The notes: a model not told the origin generated them from the sequence alone. A DNA stretch of 43,197 nt from Candidatus Servula neotermitis (GCA_031281695.1 JAITFB010000043.1:1-43197); one strand, 5' to 3'; positions 1 through 10,310 are shown, numbered from the stretch's first letter. Numbers and translations are program-made.

Positions 1-659
1 TGGTTTACTCCAGAAAAAAGTGTGACGCCAGAAAACTTAGTTACTCCCGTTAACATAGCGAAGCGAATATTTTCCGAGGCGGTTTTGAGAATAGAGAAAA
101 AGGCCCGCATCTCATTGCGCAGCGGTTGTAGTTTATCGTAATCCATTAAATTTTGATTGAGTGGCTGATCGTATTCATCGAACAGAATAACCACCGGCAG
201 TCCTGATTTTTCGGCAGCCTGATTGATTAAGTTTTGAAATTTTGCCGTAAGGCTATGAATTTTAGGAAGCTCTAAATTGTGTTTGCGAACGACATCCGAA
301 AAGGTGTTGTTAATGTTGTCGTGTAATTCATTGATACCATTGTTCTGAAATACACCGCTGGCAAAATCAAAGTGGAAAACAATATGCTCTTTCCAACCAC
401 CTTCGGATTCAGGGGGTTCAAGCTGGTCTGCGGCTAGCCCACGAAATAATTCGTGATTGCCTTTGAAATATTCTTCTAAAGTTGAGAGCATCATACTTTT
501 ACCAAACCTCCGTGGCCGGGACAAGAAAATCATATTGGATTGATCGTGAGCCAATGCGTACATTTTGTGAGTTTTGTCTACGTATTTGTAATCTTGCTCA
601 CGAACAACTTTAAACGACTGAACACTCACCGGAAGTTTTTGCGGAGTTTCAAGGCTCAT
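1..659 (-). CDS. AAA-ATPase-like domain protein (PF09820-type predicted ATPase); N-terminal ~219 codons, the 3' part runs off the window
   Basis: Hand translation of the minus strand from the ATG at 659 gives MSLETPQKLPVSVQSFKVVREQDYKYVDKT. It continues with FLSRPRRFGKSMMLSTLEEYF (P-loop-like), VVILFDEYDQPL (Walker B-like) and FAMLTGVTKFSGVTLFSGVN. The frame is open to position 1. It is absent from the ORF track because it is truncated by the window edge. Confidence 0.7.
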   Translation of the reverse strand, partial: MSLETPQKLPVSVQSFKVVREQDYKYVDKTHKMYALAHDQSNMIFLSRPRRFGKSMMLSTLEEYFKGNHELFRGLAADQLEPPESEGGWKEHIVFHFDFASGVFQNNGINELHDNINNTFSDVVRKHNLELPKIHSLTAKFQNLINQAAEKSGLPVVILFDEYDQPLNQNLMDYDKLQPLRNEMRAFFSILKTASENIRFAMLTGVTKFSGVTLFSGVN

Positions 660-713
660 ATAATAATTTTAGTACAGAATTGAAATCCCATCCAAAGTTA
701 CATACACCCACTC

Positions 714-743
714 TTGAACCAAAAAGCCAATTCGTTGTACTAT
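714..743 (+). promoter_or_regulatory. Candidate sigma70-type promoter for the giant surface-protein gene
   Basis: TTGAAC (714-719), an 18-nt spacer, then TACTAT (738-743), about 40 nt upstream of the AGGAGG + ATG at 785. Sequence match only. Confidence 0.3.
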
Positions 744-784
744 TGAATGCTAAGCTTAAATTAGAAAGACATCAGGAGGTCCAT

Positions 785-3700
785 ATGATAAGAAAAATTA
801 CCGCGATTCTCTTGACGTGCGCCTTGACTTTTATTAATTTCGTAGCCTTAAACGTTAGCCAAGGTAATTCAAATCCAGCTCAGGCAGTAGACCGGCGAGA
901 TTGTAGCACAAATGTAACATCTTACTTTCAGGGTACTGGCTTCTTAGGAGATCCTTATATAATTGAAAATGGAGCAGATCTTGACTGTATGCGTCAAGTG
1001 GTCAATGCTGGCGCGCTTGATGAGCATGGAAACGCTTATTATTGGGAGATGAACTGGAAACTGAACGGATTGATTGATATTACTGGTTATGGCGACGAAA
1101 ATGGCAACTGGATTCCCATTGGAGCTTTTACCGGAAACGTGTCAGGTCCAGCCGTAATTAAGGGAATGCATATAGAAAGTAACGAAGATATTTTGGGCTT
1201 GTTCGGGACTATTGGACCAAATACCGAATTTAGTGATTTAGCTCTAGTTGATTGTTCAATCAAGTCAACCGGACCAGGTTCGACTGAAGGTTACCAGCCG
1301 GTTGCAGCAGCTTTATGGGGGTACAGCATGGGCAACTGGACGACCTCAACACGGATATATAGTGAATGTGACATAGAATCTGATGCAGGAATAGTGGGTG
1401 GGGTGACTGGGCTTTGGTATGCACAGCAGTCGGATGTGGGCGGGTCGCTTGATCAAGTGATCGGACAGGGCGATGTGACGCGAAACTATAATCAATGGAC
1501 TGGGATAAACGGGGCTGGGGGGTTGTCTGCTGATGGGGGTAACATTATTACTAATTCTGTGTATATGGGCCAGTCGGTCGTCTTAGACTCTAATCAGACT
1601 TATGCGGTCGCGCCTATCCAAGGCCTGACAACATTTTATGAGGTTGATCCAGCTGAATCCGGCACGATTGAGCTCAACCCTAAAATTACCAATACTTATC
1701 GCTGGAAGGGGACTTCCTCACTTTCAGGTGCTTACGCCGCCTTCCCCGATGGTGGCGATAGTAATAAGTATGGGGCTGGAGTAGATTGCGCTCATTTTGC
1801 CGATCCCAATTGGTGGATCAATACGGCCAGTTTTGATGTGGGTATGTGGGATTTTTCCCGTGTCATCGAGGGCTTCGTGCCAGTATTTCAAGGTTTGCCT
1901 GATGATGCCAGGGATGCGATGCTCAAGCCATTTCAATGCATGACAACTTTGAAGTCTTCTGGCAACGGCACTATTCAACCCCGGGATACTGCTAATTGGC
2001 CCCTCCAGGCAGTTCATGGCAGTAGTTCCGATTTTGTGCAATACTTTACTCCATCCACGCGACGCACTCCCCGCTTCTATGATATTGTACCTGGCAATGG
2101 TAGTATGCTCGCAACTTTGAGTGATTATTACCCCGTAGAATCCAGTGATTCGGCTTGGAATATCATTACTCAGTATCAAGCAGGCACTTATAATTACACT
2201 TGGGAGGACACTCCTACAACTCCTAAAACTTGCGACTGTACTATATTCGCCGAATTTCAGTCGGGTTATTATACTGTGGTTTATGATGCTAACGGTGGGA
2301 GTGGAGTTTTGCCACCTTCTCAACAGGCGGCAATTGGCGTGCCGTTTACTTTGTCCGATGGCAGTACTTTATCCTGGCAGGCTGGTTGGTCTTTGGCGGG
2401 TTGGACTACTTACGCCGATCAAGAAGATGTTTATCCACCAGGCTCTGAGGTCGTGAATTTGACACTCGATGGCGGGTCGACAGTTACTTTATACGCACAA
2501 TGGGTTTGGGATCAACAGTTTTACGAGATCAACTTTGAAAATAATGGCGGAGTCGGCTTTGGGCCAGAGGATAATCCAGCGGTAGTGCCGTATTATGACC
2601 AGTACACATTGCCTACTGACGGCGGGTGCACTCGAGATGGTTGGTGGCAAGACGGTTGGGCCCTTGAACCTGATGGTGCAGTCACTTTCACAATGGGTCA
2701 AACTGTTTCGCAATTAGTTCCTGGCTCGGCTGGCACAATCAATTTGTACGCCCACTGGCATCCAAATTTTGATTATTACACTATCTTATTTGACCCCAAC
2801 GGCGGGACTGGCTACGAAGAATTCGAGTCCATCCCCTGGGGTTACCCTATCACTTTGTACGATGCTTCTAACGTTCAAGTATCAGATGCCACTACTGGCT
2901 CGCATATTGATGGTTGGGCTACTGATTCGAGCGGTGATGTCGCTTACGACTTAGGTCAAACCGTCTCCAACATTGCTACCAGCGAAATTACGACTCTCTA
3001 TGCCCATTGGACTCCTAACGACTATACCATTAAATACCAGCCCAACGGCGGGACTGGCTCGATCATAAATCAATCTGCCACTTACAATCGACCAGTTACT
3101 TTATCGGACGGCTCTGGATTTACTAGGTCGAATTATCATATTACTAGCTGGAACACATCGGCTGATGGTGATGGAGCATCTTATAATTTACAGAGCAGCC
3201 AGCAAAACTTGACCAGCACGGAGGGAGCCACAGTTACGCTGTTTGCCATTTGGGAAGAGGCCAATTACACTATCGAATATCAACCTAATGGCGCCACTGC
3301 TGGAACTGTCCAGCGACAAACAGCGGGGGCGGACGATCCGGTTACTTTACTTGCAGACCTTGGCTGGTCCAAGACCGATTCCGCTCAAGATGGCTGGTCC
3401 AAAGTCGATACTGGCACGGCGGACTTTAAGTTCGGTCAAACTGTGTCATCCTTATATAATGGCTCTGCCACAACCACTTTGTACGCTCATTGGGCAGGCG
3501 TTCCCTACTTCATAGCTTACAATTCTAATGGTGGCTTCGGATCTTTGCCAGCTCAACAAACTGCTACCTATAATGTGCCAATCACTTTATCTACTGGCAC
3601 GGGCTTGGATAAAACCGCCTCGACTTTGATTGGCTGGAACAGGAATGCTGATGGCAGTGGCTCCGAGTTTAGCTTGGGCCAGAGCGTTACCAAAGTGCAA

Positions 3701-6700
3701 GACCCTACTGCAGCTGGTGACACTTTCACTCTTTATGCTCAGTGGCAGCCGGACCCTTATACTATTGTTTACAATATCAATTCGGGTACCGGCACTACCC
3801 CCACTCCAGCCATCACGACTTATGGATACCCCACCACATTAGCTGGGGCCAGTAATTTCACGAGAGTTGGTTATACCAGCGACGGTTGGGCCACGGCCGC
3901 CGATAGTTCGAGTTTTAGATATGCTTATGACTCAACTTTCCCAGCTGAAGATGCCGCGCCAGCCGCCACTTATACCCTCTTTAGCCATTGGAACGCCAAT
4001 ACTTACACTGTGGAATACTTAGGCAATGGGGGGACAGTAGCAGGGACCAGCAGTACTGAAGTGGACCGTAAAGTTAAATACGATCAGAGCTTTACCATTT
4101 ACGGTGTCGACACTTTTGTTCGAGCCGGGTACAATCTTAGTGGTTGGGCTACCAGCGCGACTGGGCCAGTTTATTACGATTTTCATGAAGCTGTGAAAAA
4201 TCTGACCGCTGTGGATAACGACACGGTCAAGTTATACGCGCACTGGGTGGCCGACGAGTACACTGTCAGTTATTTTGGTAACACTGGCAGTGGCGTAGTT
4301 CCAGCTGCGCAATCGGTCAGTTATGGTCAAAGTTTTCAATTGTCCACTGGATCTGGCTTGGATAAAACTAGCTCGACTTTAGACGGTTGGGCGACTTTGC
4401 CAACAGGTGCTATAGCTTATGGTTTAGGTCAGACAGTTTCTAATTTGACCAGCGCTGAAGATGGCTCAGTTAGTTTGTACGCGCATTGGACGGCTAATAC
4501 TTACACTATTCGCTACAATCCCAACGGTGGAACTGGTTCGATTGCCGACCAAACTGCCACCTACGGAATTCCGATTCAGCTGTCGGATGGCGGGAATTTT
4601 GACCAGACTTATTCTAAAATTCACCATTGGAACACATTTGCTAATGCTGGTGGAACCAATTACCAGCTAGGTGCAACAGTTTCCAATTTAACCAGTATCG
4701 CCGGCGCTATCGTCACTCTATTTGCTCAATATGGACCCAAACCCTATACCGTCCGGTACAACCTCAACGGTGGCATCGGTAACACCCCTGTCTCCGCAAC
4801 TGCGCCGTATGGTCAAAATCTCACTTTAGCCAGCCACGATAATTTTAATCTCGATGGTTATACTAGCGAAGGCTGGGCTAAGTCCGCTTTAGGACCAGTG
4901 GCTTATATTTACGGTAATACTTTCCCCTTTTCCGATGCTAGCCCTGGCACAACTCTCACTCTTTATGCAGCCTGGAATCCTGTCCATTATACTGTGTCCT
5001 ACAATTTGAACGGCGGTTTGGGTGATCTCCCAGTTGCCGAAGCTGCTGTCTACAATCAAGCGTTTACTTTGGCTAACGCAAACGGAATCAGTCCTGGAAC
5101 CGGCGGCTCAGACTTCCCTGATCGAACTGGTTCTCATATTGATGGCTGGGCTGAAACAGCTGCTGGAGCGAGAGAGTATAATTTAGGCGCGAGCGTTTCC
5201 AATTTAGCTAACACTGAAGACGCTGAAGTAATTTTGTTTGCTCATTGGTCTCCCGATGATTACTTTTTGCATTACGATCTAAATGGAGGTGTTGGCACAG
5301 TCCCAGCCGACGCGGATTATTCTTGGGGAGAAGAGGTGGAATTAAGCGAGGAAGCTTTAACGCCGACAACTGGCCCGCCTAATCGCATTGGTTCGACTCA
5401 CGATGGTTGGTCTGAAACGGCTGACGGAGCGAAGCAATTTGGTTTAGGCGAAACAGTCTCCGATTTATCAGCTATTGACGGCGACACGGTCACTTTGTAT
5501 TCGCATTGGCGACCGAATACTTATACTATTAAATATGATGTCAGCCCCGGCTCTCCTGCTCCGGAAAATCAACCCGCCATTTATGGGACTCCGGCGCAGC
5601 TTTCGACCGGCTCGAGCGTCGATTTGACCAACTCGACTCTATCAGGTTGGACCTATACCGCAGCCGCTGGCATAACTTATAGTTTTGGATTGGGCGCGGA
5701 AGTTATGAATTTGACTGACGTTGACGCCGACACTGTTACTGTTCACGCTTATTGGACTCCGCAACCTTATCAGATTGTTTACAGCATTAATTCCGGAGCT
5801 GGCATAACGCCTACTTCCGCTACTACGCTTTTTGGCAACCCAACGCTTTTGGCTGGAGATTCTACTTTTTCCAAAATTGGTTACACAACCGATGGCTGGT
5901 CTTTTAGTTCCAGCGGCACTGCCGATTATTTGTATGGAGAAACTTTTCCAGCAGCTGCTGGTTCGCCCGGCGCGACTTACAGTTTATTCGCGCATTGGAC
6001 TGCCAACCGTTACACTGTGTCGTTCGATCCCAATGGAGGGACTTTAGCTGGATTGGCGCCTGCGGATATTCCGACTCGATACAATCAAGTTTTTGTTTTG
6101 CCGAATGCTGGTTGGTATGATAAAAGCGATTCTATACAAGATGGTTGGTCTACTTCCGATGATGCTGTCCGAACTTATCGTCCTGGCCAAACCGTTTCCA
6201 ATCTGACTGACCAGAATAAAGCTGAAGTGATTCTTTATGCCCACTGGATTCAACTTGAGAATTATTTTGTTCACTATAATGCCAACGGCGGCAGTGGGTC
6301 TTTGCCAACCTATACCGCGACTTGGGGCTTCCCTTTTGAAATTTCTAATGCAACTGGTTTCGAGCGCACCGATTACACATTTTTAGCTTGGAACACGGCC
6401 GAGGACGGTTCAGGGACCACCTATAGTTTTGGTCAAAGTGTAGAGAACTTAGCCCATTCTGGAACGATTGAACTTTATGCGCTTTGGCAAGCTGATCCTA
6501 CTCCTACTCCATCGCCAAGCCCTACTCCTACTCCATCGCCAAGTCCTACTCCATCGCCAAGTCCCACGTCTTCATCGGCATCGGTTCCAATTGAGCCTGA
6601 ACTTGGGACTCTCCCTAGTGTAACTCAAATTGTCTTCCAAATCCCAGAGCCAACTGGAGCCAATCTAGCTTTTACCGATACTGCTCAAATTTCCAAAGCG

Positions 6701-7414
6701 CGAGCTCAGGCCATTGAATGGCTTTCCAAAACCGGCGTGACAGTCGGTTCTGGTTGCGAGCCAGCAGGCTCAGCGCAAAGTACCGATAAATCCCCTAACA
6801 GCTCGCACTGCAAATTTTTGCCCGAAAATTCGGTTAATCGAGGTGCTATGGCTCAATTCCTCCAAAAACTAGCTGGCTGGTCGAACGCCCAACTTTATGC
6901 TGTCTATCAAGATAAATCCACGAATTTCCTCGACATTGATTATTTACGTGAAGATAATCTTGAACGTTATTATGCGATACTTTGGTTGGCCGATATGGGA
7001 ATAACTAAAGGCTGTAACGCTCAAGGACTAATCTTTTGTCCAGATGATGCAGTCAACCGAGGCGCTATGGCGGAATTTATGCAAAAATTTGCTGGGGTCA
7101 AAAATGTTCCGAGTTCGACTTCGGTTTTCCCAGATGTGTTCGCCGGTTCTGGAAGTGATGGGTCTGGGACCATAACTCAAGTGATGACTTATACGAATAA
7201 AGGAAATACCAAAACTTCCAAAGTTTCAAGCGTGAATAAGAATCGCGTGGGAGCTATTAATTGGTTGAGCGTGACTAAGATTACTGTGGGATCGCAAACC
7301 TCCCGAGGTCAAGTTACTTACCGCCCTCAAGATCCTGTGAACCGAGGCGCTATGGCGGAATTTATGCAGAAGCTCGCTTATGCACTAGGAAATAACACTA
7401 TTCGTTCGCCATAG
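785..7414 (+). CDS. Giant secreted cell-surface protein (~2,209 aa): signal peptide, GLUG/beta-helix-like head, 17 Listeria-Bacteroides (Flg_new-type) repeats, PT/PS linker, 3 SLH-like wall-binding modules
   Basis: A single 6.7-kb ORF. AGGAGG lies 7 nt before the ATG at 785. MIRKITAILLTCALTFINFVALNVSQGNSNPAQA looks like a signal peptide. The head contains ILGLFGTIGPNTEFSDLALVDCSI (GLUG-like). Repeats have the form YT[IV]xYxxNGG...GW...LYAHW, and the C-terminus has FxD...W[LI]...GIT.G...P...VNRGAMAEFMQK modules. Confidence 0.85.
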   Translation: MIRKITAILLTCALTFINFVALNVSQGNSNPAQAVDRRDCSTNVTSYFQGTGFLGDPYIIENGADLDCMRQVVNAGALDEHGNAYYWEMNWKLNGLIDITGYGDENGNWIPIGAFTGNVSGPAVIKGMHIESNEDILGLFGTIGPNTEFSDLALVDCSIKSTGPGSTEGYQPVAAALWGYSMGNWTTSTRIYSECDIESDAGIVGGVTGLWYAQQSDVGGSLDQVIGQGDVTRNYNQWTGINGAGGLSADGGNIITNSVYMGQSVVLDSNQTYAVAPIQGLTTFYEVDPAESGTIELNPKITNTYRWKGTSSLSGAYAAFPDGGDSNKYGAGVDCAHFADPNWWINTASFDVGMWDFSRVIEGFVPVFQGLPDDARDAMLKPFQCMTTLKSSGNGTIQPRDTANWPLQAVHGSSSDFVQYFTPSTRRTPRFYDIVPGNGSMLATLSDYYPVESSDSAWNIITQYQAGTYNYTWEDTPTTPKTCDCTIFAEFQSGYYTVVYDANGGSGVLPPSQQAAIGVPFTLSDGSTLSWQAGWSLAGWTTYADQEDVYPPGSEVVNLTLDGGSTVTLYAQWVWDQQFYEINFENNGGVGFGPEDNPAVVPYYDQYTLPTDGGCTRDGWWQDGWALEPDGAVTFTMGQTVSQLVPGSAGTINLYAHWHPNFDYYTILFDPNGGTGYEEFESIPWGYPITLYDASNVQVSDATTGSHIDGWATDSSGDVAYDLGQTVSNIATSEITTLYAHWTPNDYTIKYQPNGGTGSIINQSATYNRPVTLSDGSGFTRSNYHITSWNTSADGDGASYNLQSSQQNLTSTEGATVTLFAIWEEANYTIEYQPNGATAGTVQRQTAGADDPVTLLADLGWSKTDSAQDGWSKVDTGTADFKFGQTVSSLYNGSATTTLYAHWAGVPYFIAYNSNGGFGSLPAQQTATYNVPITLSTGTGLDKTASTLIGWNRNADGSGSEFSLGQSVTKVQDPTAAGDTFTLYAQWQPDPYTIVYNINSGTGTTPTPAITTYGYPTTLAGASNFTRVGYTSDGWATAADSSSFRYAYDSTFPAEDAAPAATYTLFSHWNANTYTVEYLGNGGTVAGTSSTEVDRKVKYDQSFTIYGVDTFVRAGYNLSGWATSATGPVYYDFHEAVKNLTAVDNDTVKLYAHWVADEYTVSYFGNTGSGVVPAAQSVSYGQSFQLSTGSGLDKTSSTLDGWATLPTGAIAYGLGQTVSNLTSAEDGSVSLYAHWTANTYTIRYNPNGGTGSIADQTATYGIPIQLSDGGNFDQTYSKIHHWNTFANAGGTNYQLGATVSNLTSIAGAIVTLFAQYGPKPYTVRYNLNGGIGNTPVSATAPYGQNLTLASHDNFNLDGYTSEGWAKSALGPVAYIYGNTFPFSDASPGTTLTLYAAWNPVHYTVSYNLNGGLGDLPVAEAAVYNQAFTLANANGISPGTGGSDFPDRTGSHIDGWAETAAGAREYNLGASVSNLANTEDAEVILFAHWSPDDYFLHYDLNGGVGTVPADADYSWGEEVELSEEALTPTTGPPNRIGSTHDGWSETADGAKQFGLGETVSDLSAIDGDTVTLYSHWRPNTYTIKYDVSPGSPAPENQPAIYGTPAQLSTGSSVDLTNSTLSGWTYTAAAGITYSFGLGAEVMNLTDVDADTVTVHAYWTPQPYQIVYSINSGAGITPTSATTLFGNPTLLAGDSTFSKIGYTTDGWSFSSSGTADYLYGETFPAAAGSPGATYSLFAHWTANRYTVSFDPNGGTLAGLAPADIPTRYNQVFVLPNAGWYDKSDSIQDGWSTSDDAVRTYRPGQTVSNLTDQNKAEVILYAHWIQLENYFVHYNANGGSGSLPTYTATWGFPFEISNATGFERTDYTFLAWNTAEDGSGTTYSFGQSVENLAHSGTIELYALWQADPTPTPSPSPTPTPSPSPTPSPSPTSSSASVPIEPELGTLPSVTQIVFQIPEPTGANLAFTDTAQISKARAQAIEWLSKTGVTVGSGCEPAGSAQSTDKSPNSSHCKFLPENSVNRGAMAQFLQKLAGWSNAQLYAVYQDKSTNFLDIDYLREDNLERYYAILWLADMGITKGCNAQGLIFCPDDAVNRGAMAEFMQKFAGVKNVPSSTSVFPDVFAGSGSDGSGTITQVMTYTNKGNTKTSKVSSVNKNRVGAINWLSVTKITVGSQTSRGQVTYRPQDPVNRGAMAEFMQKLAYALGNNTIRSP
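2267..6496 (+). repeat. 17 tandem ~80-85-aa Listeria-Bacteroides-type (Flg_new/TIGR02543-like) protein repeats within the giant CDS
   Basis: Each unit starts Y-[TYFQ]-[IVL]-x-[YF]-x-x-N-[GS]-G and ends L[YF][AS][HQAI][WY]. Units fall into recurring subtypes: LSTGxGLDKTxSTLxGW (units 6, 9, 14), NPNGGTGSI (4, 10), INSGxG (7, 15) and TGSHIDGW (3, 12, 13). DNA identity between units is low. Confidence 0.8.
6497..6568 (+). repeat. In-frame Pro-Thr/Pro-Ser linker made of 24/24/18-nt tandem units
   Basis: cctactcctactccatcgccaagc occurs twice, followed by cctactccatcgccaagt. This encodes PTPTPSPSPTPTPSPSPTPSPSPT. Confidence 0.85.
6671..7390 (+). other. Three SLH-like cell-wall-binding modules at the C-terminus of the giant protein
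   Basis: The three modules are FTDTAQISKARAQAIEWLSKTGVTVG...VNRGAMAQFLQKLAG, FLDIDYL...YYAILWLADMGITKG...FCPDDAVNRGAMAEFMQKFAG and FPDV...AINWLSVTKITVG...YRPQDPVNRGAMAEFMQKLAY. The spacing and motifs resemble the S-layer homology consensus. Confidence 0.55.
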
Positions 7415-7506
7415 TCTAATTTCAATGACGCTAAGATCTAGTGGTCCGTCTTAGCTTCAGAGGCTCTATCGTCTGGTTTTGCCATATTTCTGATTAAACT
7501 ATACTT

Positions 7507-8877
7507 ATGCAAACCAAACTTGATAAAGTGATTGAGCTCGCTAAACACCGAGGATTCGTGTATCAGAGCGGAGAAATTTACGGGGGAACTCGTTCAGCTT
7601 GGGATTATGGGCCCATGGGAGTGGAATTCAAAGAAAATATTCGGCGCGAATGGTGGAAAAGCGTGGTCCAAGAACGAGAGGATATGGTGGGCTTGGACAG
7701 TTCGGTGATTTTACCGCGTGAAGTTTGGGTGGCTTCGGGGCATGTGGGAGTTTTTAACGATCCTTTGACTGAATGTAAAAAATGTCACTCTCGTTTTCGG
7801 GCTGACGATTTGATTGACCAATATAATGAACGCAAGCATAAACAAGAAGCCACTTTGGCTAATATTCCCTGTCCAAATTGCGGAACTCGCGGAGAATGGA
7901 CTGAACCTAAAGATTTTAATATGATGCTCAAAACTTATTTGGGGCCGATTGAGGACGAGAGCGGATTACATTATCTGCGTCCGGAAACTGCTCAGGGTAT
8001 TTTTGTCAACTTTATTAATGTGTCCAATACTGCGCGTATGAAATTGCCGTTCGGAATTGCGCAAACTGGTAAAAGTTTTCGTAACGAAATCACCCCCGGA
8101 AACTTTATTTTCCGGACTCGAGAATTCGAACAAATGGAAATTGAGTTTTTCGTTAAACCTGGAGAGGACGAAACCTGGCATCAATATTGGATTGACCAGC
8201 GCAAAAATTGGTATTTAGGCTTAGGTATCAATCAAGAAAATTTGCGTGAATATGAACATCCTCAAGAAAAACTCAGCCATTATTCAAAACGCACAGTGGA
8301 TTTAGAATACCGTTTTGGTTTTCAAGGTTCAGAGTGGGGAGAGTTGGAAGGCATAGCCAATCGGACTGATTATGATTTGAAATGTCATATCGATCGAAGC
8401 GGTAAAGATTTACGGTATTTTGATCCTTCCAGCAACGAAAAATATATTCCTTACGTGATTGAGCCTTCAGCTGGTTTGACCCGTTCGTTGATGGCATTTT
8501 TTGTGGACGCTTACGATGAGGACGAGGCGCCAAACACTAAGGGCGGAACTGATATTCGGACAGTGCTGCGATTGGATAAAAGATTGGCGCCTTATAAGTT
8601 GGCGGTGCTCCCGCTTTCGCGCCATGAAAATTTAGTTCCGGAAGCGAAAAAGTTGGCTGATCTTTTGCGAAAAAAATGGATGCTGGAATATGATGATGCT
8701 CAAGCCATCGGCCGTCGTTATCGCCGGCAAGACGAAATTGGGACTCCGTATTGTTTGACTTTTGATTTCGAAAGCCTAAATGACCAAGCAGTTACCGTCC
8801 GCGATCGCGATACTATGAGACAAGAGCGCATCAAGATTGCAGGGCTGGAACAGTATCTGACTGAAAAACTTAATTGA
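7507..8877 (+). CDS. glyQS: Glycine--tRNA ligase (alpha2 dimeric type)
   Basis: 456 aa. [14 protein letters not shown]...[20 protein letters not shown], class II motifs and a C-terminal anticodon-binding region. Confidence 0.93.
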   Translation: MQTKLDKVIELAKHRGFVYQSGEIYGGTRSAWDYGPMGVEFKENIRREWWKSVVQEREDMVGLDSSVILPREVWVASGHVGVFNDPLTECKKCHSRFRADDLIDQYNERKHKQEATLANIPCPNCGTRGEWTEPKDFNMMLKTYLGPIEDESGLHYLRPETAQGIFVNFINVSNTARMKLPFGIAQTGKSFRNEITPGNFIFRTREFEQMEIEFFVKPGEDETWHQYWIDQRKNWYLGLGINQENLREYEHPQEKLSHYSKRTVDLEYRFGFQGSEWGELEGIANRTDYDLKCHIDRSGKDLRYFDPSSNEKYIPYVIEPSAGLTRSLMAFFVDAYDEDEAPNTKGGTDIRTVLRLDKRLAPYKLAVLPLSRHENLVPEAKKLADLLRKKWMLEYDDAQAIGRRYRRQDEIGTPYCLTFDFESLNDQAVTVRDRDTMRQERIKIAGLEQYLTEKLN

Positions 8878-9001
8878 GGTGTTGTTGATTTCTAGAAATT
8901 TGAATTTCGATGTTAGAAGTTAGACGCATAATCCAAGTATTCGAATTTAAACTCTCACACCTAGAGTCTGAGATTTTTACATTTTACATTCGGTGAGTGC
9001 C

Positions 9002-10183
9002 ATGCCTGAAATTCTAAACTCATACAATAGCGCGAGTCGTCTTATGTTGGCGCCGATGGCTGGTATTAGTAATTGGCCGTTTCGGTTGCTGGTCCAACGT
9101 TTTCAACCTAATGTGCTAGCGATTTCCGAAATGATCAATGCTCGAGCTATTGTGGAGCGCAATCCCAAAACTAATCGATTGATGGAATTCCACCCAGAAG
9201 AACAGTTTCGAGCCGTGCAGCTGTTTAGTAATAATGCTGCTGATTTAAAGTCTGCAGTGGAAATTATTGGTCGAGAAAACCGCGCGGATCATATTGATCT
9301 AAACTTCGGTTGTCCCGTTCCGAAAGTTACTCGGAAAGGTGGCGGAGCAGCTATACCTTTGAAACCAGAGCTGCTGAGAGAAATGTTGTTCGCTGTAAAA
9401 ACGGGTTCAGCTGATTTCGGCATAACCATGTCCGCTAAGTTTCGAATTGGCATTGACGACCAGCATCAGACTTATTTGCGTGCTTGTCAGATTGCCAACG
9501 AAGTGGGAGTGGACTTTATTACCTTGCATGCGCGGACTGCCGAGCAATATTACGGCGGTGAAGCAGATTGGTCCGTTTTCAATTCGGCTCTCGGAGAAAC
9601 TAACCTGCCAGTTTTTCTTAACGGTGACATATTTAGTCCAGCCGATGCTGTGGCGTTGCTGGAACAGGTTGAACCGCAGTATTATGAACGCGCTGGTTTA
9701 GCTTGCGCCCGCGGTGCTTTAGGCAGACCATGGTTGTTTAAGGAACTGAGCAGGATGCCTAATTTGTTTGAAGGTATTCGAAAAGAAACCAGAAACCAAG
9801 CGCAGGCAACACGGCCTGCTACTACTGTCAGCGCCAGTGGTATTCCAAAAGTACCGGAGTCGTATTCAGAAATCCGTCCAGTGATGTTGGAACATTTGCA
9901 ATTGTTGATGGAATATTATCGTGATGAAACTATGGCGTGTAAAGATTTTCGCAAACATACTATTTACTATCTGAAAGGTTTCAACATCGGAGCTGAATAT
10001 CGTCGGCAGTTGGCGTTGCTTGATAATTACCAGCAGTTAGAGCAGTTATTATCTCAGTTAGAGCAGTTATTATCTCAGTTAGAGGATCAACGGCCGGAGC
10101 TGCAAACCGTAGGAACCCTCAAACGCGGCAAAACTAAAGGCAGCCGTAAAGTGCATTTGCCTTACGGATGGCTCAGCTCGTAA
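9002..10183 (+). CDS. dus: tRNA-dihydrouridine synthase
   Basis: LAPMAGISNWPFRLL, DLNFGCPVPKV and ITLHARTAEQYYGGEADW. I prefer the ATG at 9002 with GGTGAG 5 nt upstream over the GTG at 8993. Confidence 0.88.
   Translation: MPEILNSYNSASRLMLAPMAGISNWPFRLLVQRFQPNVLAISEMINARAIVERNPKTNRLMEFHPEEQFRAVQLFSNNAADLKSAVEIIGRENRADHIDLNFGCPVPKVTRKGGGAAIPLKPELLREMLFAVKTGSADFGITMSAKFRIGIDDQHQTYLRACQIANEVGVDFITLHARTAEQYYGGEADWSVFNSALGETNLPVFLNGDIFSPADAVALLEQVEPQYYERAGLACARGALGRPWLFKELSRMPNLFEGIRKETRNQAQATRPATTVSASGIPKVPESYSEIRPVMLEHLQLLMEYYRDETMACKDFRKHTIYYLKGFNIGAEYRRQLALLDNYQQLEQLLSQLEQLLSQLEDQRPELQTVGTLKRGKTKGSRKVHLPYGWLSS
10034..10084 (+). repeat. 21-nt in-frame tandem duplication (2.4 copies) in the dus C-terminal tail
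   Basis: cagttagagcagttattatct occurs twice, followed by cagttagag. This encodes QLEQLLS QLEQLLS QLE. Confidence 0.9.
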
Positions 10184-10310
10184 GCTCGCAACGACTAGCG
10201 ATTAGTAAATGTCAAGATAGGTGGGAGAGTTTGTGCCAGTGGTGCGGTATTTTTAAGAACTGGTCAACCAATTCGATTGTCTGAAAGATGTTAGACTAAT
10301 GGTGGTAGCT

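Noticed and set aside
680-784. The N-terminal 35-codon extension of the giant ORF (non-ATG start at 680 in the ORF track).
   Set aside because: A strong AGGAGG sits 7 nt before the ATG at 785. The peptide starting there is a typical signal peptide, whereas the extension is hydrophilic and overlaps the candidate promoter.
1724-6274. Multiple 60-200-aa ORFs antisense to, or out of frame with, the giant gene (for example 1724-2323 on the minus strand, 2145-2456, 3243-3515, 6044-6274 on the minus strand).
   Set aside because: They lie entirely inside a long, motif-rich CDS. Their translations are low-complexity with no recognisable motifs or SD sequences, which is the expected by-product of a 6.7-kb open frame.
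7415-7506. A possible T-box or glycine-responsive leader upstream of glyQS.
   Set aside because: The spacer is only 92 nt, too short for a T-box. I saw no T-box consensus or specifier-loop arrangement, only a weak 7-bp hairpin (gctaaga/tcttagc) that may end the upstream transcript.
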